DNA of 63,910 nucleotides, taken from NCBI RefSeq assembly GCF_000281045.1, contig NW_008246070.1, forward strand, positions 452,048 through 515,957. The letters are read 5' to 3'. A program made the translations under genes and the position numbers. Below the pieces are notes generated by a model, which worked only from the letters and a program-made list of their open reading frames with translations, searched no databases and was not told the origin of the DNA. Below are positions 59,187 to 63,910 of this stretch, piece after piece; positions within the stretch are counted from its first letter, which is position 1; each line of letters opens with the position of its first letter. Source of the DNA: Saprolegnia diclina VS20. Lineage: Eukaryota.

Positions 59187-61645
59187 CTATGCCATGCTCG
59201 TAAACTGGCGGGGTGAGCAGGGTACGATCGCCATGTCGTCTTCACTGTGTTTGGACTCCTCGTCCTCGGCGCTACCGAGAGACCACGACGAACGGAGCTG
59301 CAGCTGGGCGCGGCTCGTCACCGAGTAGGACGACTCGGGGGCATCTGCGTCCGAGGACCGCGTTGATGGCACCGCGCACGGCTGCGATGCGAGCACGTTC
59401 TGGCGCAATATCGTCACCCATGCGTCGCACTCGGCTTGGCCATCCGTGTGGAACGTGACAGCTTTGTGCATCTTGTGCTCGAGCGTCCTATTGGTCGACG
59501 ACGTCGTCGCGGGGTAGGTCACACCCTTGATCTTGTGTGCTGGCGTCGCCGCTTGGAGCGTAAACTGACTCGGTCGATCTCGGAGCACGACGACGTTTTC
59601 GAGCGTGAAAAAGCCCCTCGGGTCCACGTCGTCTTGGCCGAAAAAGAAGTACAAGCAATGCGTGGAGAGAATAAAGTACGCCCACTTCCCGCCAAATTTG
59701 GACGGTTTGAGCCAGCCCGCCATCGCCGGGTTCTAACCCGAGATTGCATCAGGGTAGTATCCGTGTAGGTGCACGCACCGAGAAGAGATTGCCATTGTCG
59801 TTGCGGTCGCGGACTGTGAGCAGCGGCTGCTTCTACAGACGCCGTATGCCATTGCCATTGCAAATGTGTTTGAGGCGCACCTTGATGCTCTCGTAGATCG
59901 CTTCGAGGATCGGCGCGGGGACGTCGGCGCCATCCTTGTCGATGCCGCGGTTGTTGCGCACAAACTCGTCGCGGGTCATGCGCGGACGCTTGCCCATCGA
60001 CGGGTTGTGCGCGTCTGTGTTGAGCATGATGGTCGAGAAGGCCTGCGCTGTCACGATGACTTCTCTCAAGTGGAGTGCTGTAGTGCGTACGAGGATGTGG
60101 GCGGCGTCGTGGTGCAGAAAGACACTCGGGTTGGCCGCCGTGTACGCGAGCGCAAAGGCCTCCATCATGCGGTCGATCTTTTGGCTTTCGCCCGGCAGCC
60201 GAAACGCGCCAATGTAGGTACGTAAACAGGCCTCAAAGGGCTTGTCGACGAACGAGAAGCCTACGACATGTGATCATGGCCGTCGCGCAGGATGATTTAG
60301 AGCGTACACTGGGAAAAGTCCCGGAGCACGCGCACGCAAAAGGCGTCGTCGCTGCCGAGGTACTCGCCAATCGTGTCTTTATCGAGGCCTTTGGTGTGCC
60401 GCAGAAAGAGCGCGACGCAGCGTTCGATCGAGCAAGTAGAATCGGAAAGCGACCGCACGCTGATCCCGCGCATGATCCCGGCGGCGATGGCCTGCGCAAT
60501 CGCTTTTGTTGGATTGACGTTGAAGCCGCGGATGACGGCGTCGCGCTGGCACTCCATGTTGATGGTGAGCAAGGCCGAGGACGACGTCTCGTGTTGTGAG
60601 AGCGTGAGACGGCGCCGGAGTTGAAGCTTGGGGCTGTACTGCAAGTTGCGCAAAGTCTGCGATATCCCAAACACGAGCAGGCTGCGCACTTCGGTGCGCA
60701 GCGCGTCAAACGTGCGCCCCTTTGAGGCCGCGCCGTCATCAAGGCACGTCAGTGTGAACCACGTGAGGCTCTGCTGCGCGTCTATCGACTAAATGTTAAA
60801 GCATTCGAGGACACCAGGCCAAGGCGCACCGGCCGAGTGGACAAATGCGGCCGAAATCACGCTGCTCAGCTCAATGGTTTGAATATCGCTGCACTCGAAG
60901 GCATCTTCGTGCAGTGGCAAGAGCAAGATGGCGCGCGGCGGGTCGTCGATTCGAAACAAATGTTCTGTCGTCCCACTGTCGCCGACCTAAAGTATCGCAT
61001 TCGTATCTTATGTCGGTCGTCCAAATGAGCAACAAAAGCACCTCGTGGATCGTAATGCCTTCGTGCACCATGGTCTGAAATCGATTCCAGAGGTCACCGT
61101 GGATCGACCGCTTCCGCAGCGTCTGGCGTATCCCGTCGTCCATGCGCACGACCCCAAACTCGCTGAGCTGTTTCTTGGCATACGAAAGGAGCTGCTCCGA
61201 GATGTTGGGCCCGTACTTGGCCAACGCCTATGACACCACGTCATGCCACGTGGTATATACTAGTGCGTACGTTGTCCATGAGAAATGCTGTCTGGAGCGC
61301 CAACAGCCATTGCGCGCGCTCGCCCCGCAGCAGCTGATCGGGCGTGAATCGGAACGCGCGGCGCGTCCCCCGCGGGTTGACCACTAGAAGCCACTTTGAT
61401 GAGCTTACGACGCTTTGGACTGAAGCAGTTGTACGCTCGATCTGGTCGCCGCGACGAAAGTCGGTGCTGTACGTGTCGACGATAAGGACACGGTTGGGCT
61501 TTTGGCTCGGCGGGGGCTTGGTCAACGGGAGCTTGGGCGGGTGGTACAGCTCGAGGTTGCGCCCGCGCAGTACGCAGTAGTAGGCGCGCCAGCCAAAGAG
61601 CATCTTCTTGAGGAGGATGCCCTCGTGCACAAAGTGGTCGTCCAT
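59187..61645 (-). CDS. ARF guanine-nucleotide exchange factor: PH, PH-like, Sec7, PH; multi-exon
   Basis: Sec7 motifs GLDKDTIGEYLG, FRLPGESQKIDRMMEAFA (glutamic finger) and AFSTIMLNTDAHNP. PH domains EGILLKKMLFGWRAYYCVL and AGWLKPSKFGGKWAYFIL..CDAWVTIL. Confidence 0.9.
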
Positions 61646-61687
61646 CGCAAACGCAACTGTGCCCAATGCGACTGGCAATCCCGATAG

Positions 61688-61730
61688 CCAATCGGAGGGC
61701 GTTGCTAGACGCGCGACGCCCAATCACATG
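61688..61730. promoter_or_regulatory. Two CCAAT boxes in a 122-bp bidirectional promoter between the ARF-GEF and the coiled-coil gene
   Basis: CCAATCGG at 61688 and CCAATCAC at 61720, between ATG 61645 (-) and ATG 61768 (+). Confidence 0.6.
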
Positions 61731-61767
61731 GCGCCGTTGTAAAATTAGATCGGTCAACCCCCGCAGC

Positions 61768-63679
61768 ATGATGCAGGTGCAGCGCAACGACCTGGACGAC
61801 CTCCTCAAGCAAGGCCTGGGGTCGCCCGAGATATGGCACAACCTCAGCGAGGAGCTCCAAGGCGTCAAGATCCTCGAACACCCGCGCGTGCAGAAGAAGG
61901 TGCTCGTGAAGGCCATCCGCATGCAAACCATCGCCATGCGCTGCATGTCGGGCGAGTTTGACCGGCTCCGCGACCGCATCGACGTCGTTGAGAAGGAGGC
62001 GCGTCAGAGCCAAAAGCAGCTCGAGAAGGTCAACACCAAGGTACACGCCCTCGAGGCTCTCGTCGAGACCCAAAAGCACCGTGTCGGCGAACTCGAAGGC
62101 GAGATCATCATGCAAGCCAAGCGCATTGATCTGCTGCAAGGCCTCGATCATCAAATCAAGGTATCTGCGAGATAGAAATCAGAGCTATACGCGTCTAGGT
62201 GGTCCGCGACGAGGTGCGCGTCGTCGACAAGGCCGTCGAGAGCCAAAAGGCTGCGCTGTCCCTCTTCGTCGCCAAGGTCGAGACCGACGTCGCGAGTGTC
62301 AAGCTCGAGATCGTAGCGACCAAAGAGAGCATTGTGCTGCTGGAAGAAAAGGTCAACGAAGAGGAGGAAGAGGTCATCTTGACGACGGACGCCGTCATGT
62401 ACAACGACCGACCGCTCACGCACTGGTTCGAGCTCTACCACGAAGACAACAAGCGGCGAGAAGATATTTTGCGGGACACGAGCGACAAGTTTGCTCGACA
62501 GAGCAAGGGTATTCAGGACATGATGTTTGAGGCGCGCAAGTCCCTCGACGACAACACAAGTATGGAAGTGTGATCCACGACGGCCACGGACTCCACGTCT
62601 GTAGGTGCGGTGGAAGAAGTGCAGCGGGCACTCTTGGAGAAAGCCGACCGTGTCAAAGTCGACCTCATCATCGAGAGCAAGTACGAAGAGATCATTGAGC
62701 AGCTGCAAAAGGCCATGTCGGCCATCAACGAGGACGAGGTCGATTCTCGTCGCGGCAATGAGAGCTAAAATCTAGTGTAGGACGAGTTCAAGCGCAACTG
62801 CCGCGATTTGCAAGACCTCGTGCAAAACCTCTCGGCGAGCAAAGCCGACAAAAAGTATCGTTTAGCTTGTGGAATGTGGTCGATATACGTTGGGGCATAG
62901 AGATTTGCTCGAAGTCAAAGAGCAAGTGCTGTACGACTCGCGTGTGCGCCAGCAAGTACGTCCCTTCTTCGTGCGCATGCCCCTCGCATTCTACTCGTGT
63001 CATATCGCAGGTCGAGAACCTCCGTGCGTTCATCGATCTCAAGATGAACAAGGAAGACGTCTTCTCTGCATTGAAATCCAAAGCCGACCGCGACGAAATG
63101 CAGCTCTTGCTCAAGACGCTTTCCGACAGGTGTCGACGACTGTTTCAATCTTTCAAGTTGATACGTATAAGACGAACGTAGTATGTTTGTTGCCGTCACC
63201 AAGGCCAGCGCCATGGGTCAAGAACCTGAAGCCGCAATGCTCACCAAGCACTCGATCCACCGGCGGTCGGGGCCGCTGCCAAGGTACTGCTTTGCAAAGC
63301 AGCGCCGTACACAATGCTTTTTGGTAGCTTGGAGAAGGAGCGTTGCTTGGCGTGCAACTCGATGCTCGCTGCGCCCACGTACGGCGGTGGTTTTCAGGGC
63401 CACGCGCCCGGCTATGAAAAACCCCAGAAGCTTCTGCCCAAGCAGCCGCTCCCAAGCTTAAACTACGACAGCTATCTCGTCGGTATGGACGGGCACGTCT
63501 ACCAAGGCGACGTTGACAAGGAGCCCAATCGTGCGCCCACAAGTGCCACCAAACACCAGTCCAACCAGCAGCTACCGACCAAGTATATCCTTCTTTCTTT
63601 TGTGTCAAACCGCTTTAACGCATTCGTAGGCGCGCCGAGGCAGATGCACGACCGCGGTCCAGTCACGGTTGAGCAGTGA
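61768..63679 (+). CDS. Multi-exon coiled-coil protein with KAD repeats and a CxxC motif (possibly C16orf96/QRICH2-like)
   Basis: Long heptad exons; repeated LEKADR/SKADK/KSKADR; ERCLACNS; YLVGMDGHVYQG. Family label tentative. Confidence 0.65.
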
Positions 63680-63910
63680 CAGTGTTGCACCGATACAAGG
63701 GTTCCACGTCAGCGATAGCATCGACTCTTGATGCATGTGGGCGTCTTTATGTACAAATGCCGTCTAAATTCAACGATTTCTTTCTAAAAACGAGTCCTTT
63801 GTGTCAAACAGCAGTGAGAGCCATCGAGCCAAGACTTGACACGAAACTTAGTCGTGTTTAGTCGAGTAGTCGACTACAATGGTGAACCAACACCCACCAC
63901 GATAAAGACG

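Overview
Gene-dense eukaryotic DNA with GC-rich codons and very short (about 40-55 nt) GT-AG introns. The gene content points to an oomycete, most likely Saprolegniales (inferred, not searched). About 30 protein-coding genes are supported. Housekeeping genes include QCR6, NDUFV2, SerRS, RPS26, SLU7, PMM, a DEAH helicase, cystathionine gamma-synthase and two mitochondrial carriers. Signalling and trafficking genes include a mucin-stalk receptor-like kinase, an SH2/tyrosine-repeat/TPR protein, an HSF-type factor, an LZTR1-like protein, a STIMATE-like protein, a Sec7-PH ARF-GEF and a syntaxin. Surface proteins include GH17-ricin, a large kelch/Cys-repeat protein, a Cu-only SOD and a tandem family of orphan multi-pass membrane proteins broken by two N gaps. 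The four strongest observations: (1) a chimeric gene whose N-half is paralogous to its downstream p25alpha/TPPP neighbour and whose C-half is paralogous to the Habc domain of its upstream syntaxin neighbour; (2) that syntaxin has no transmembrane helix and ends in a CaaX box; (3) an SH2 protein with 11 Y-[GA]-x-[FL] motifs lies directly upstream of a receptor-like kinase; (4) a GOLD-domain protein has a C-terminal F-box-like motif seen only after splicing. No rRNA, tRNA, CRISPR array or intact transposon was recognised. All family calls come from manual motif reading, and multi-exon coordinates are outer gene bounds.
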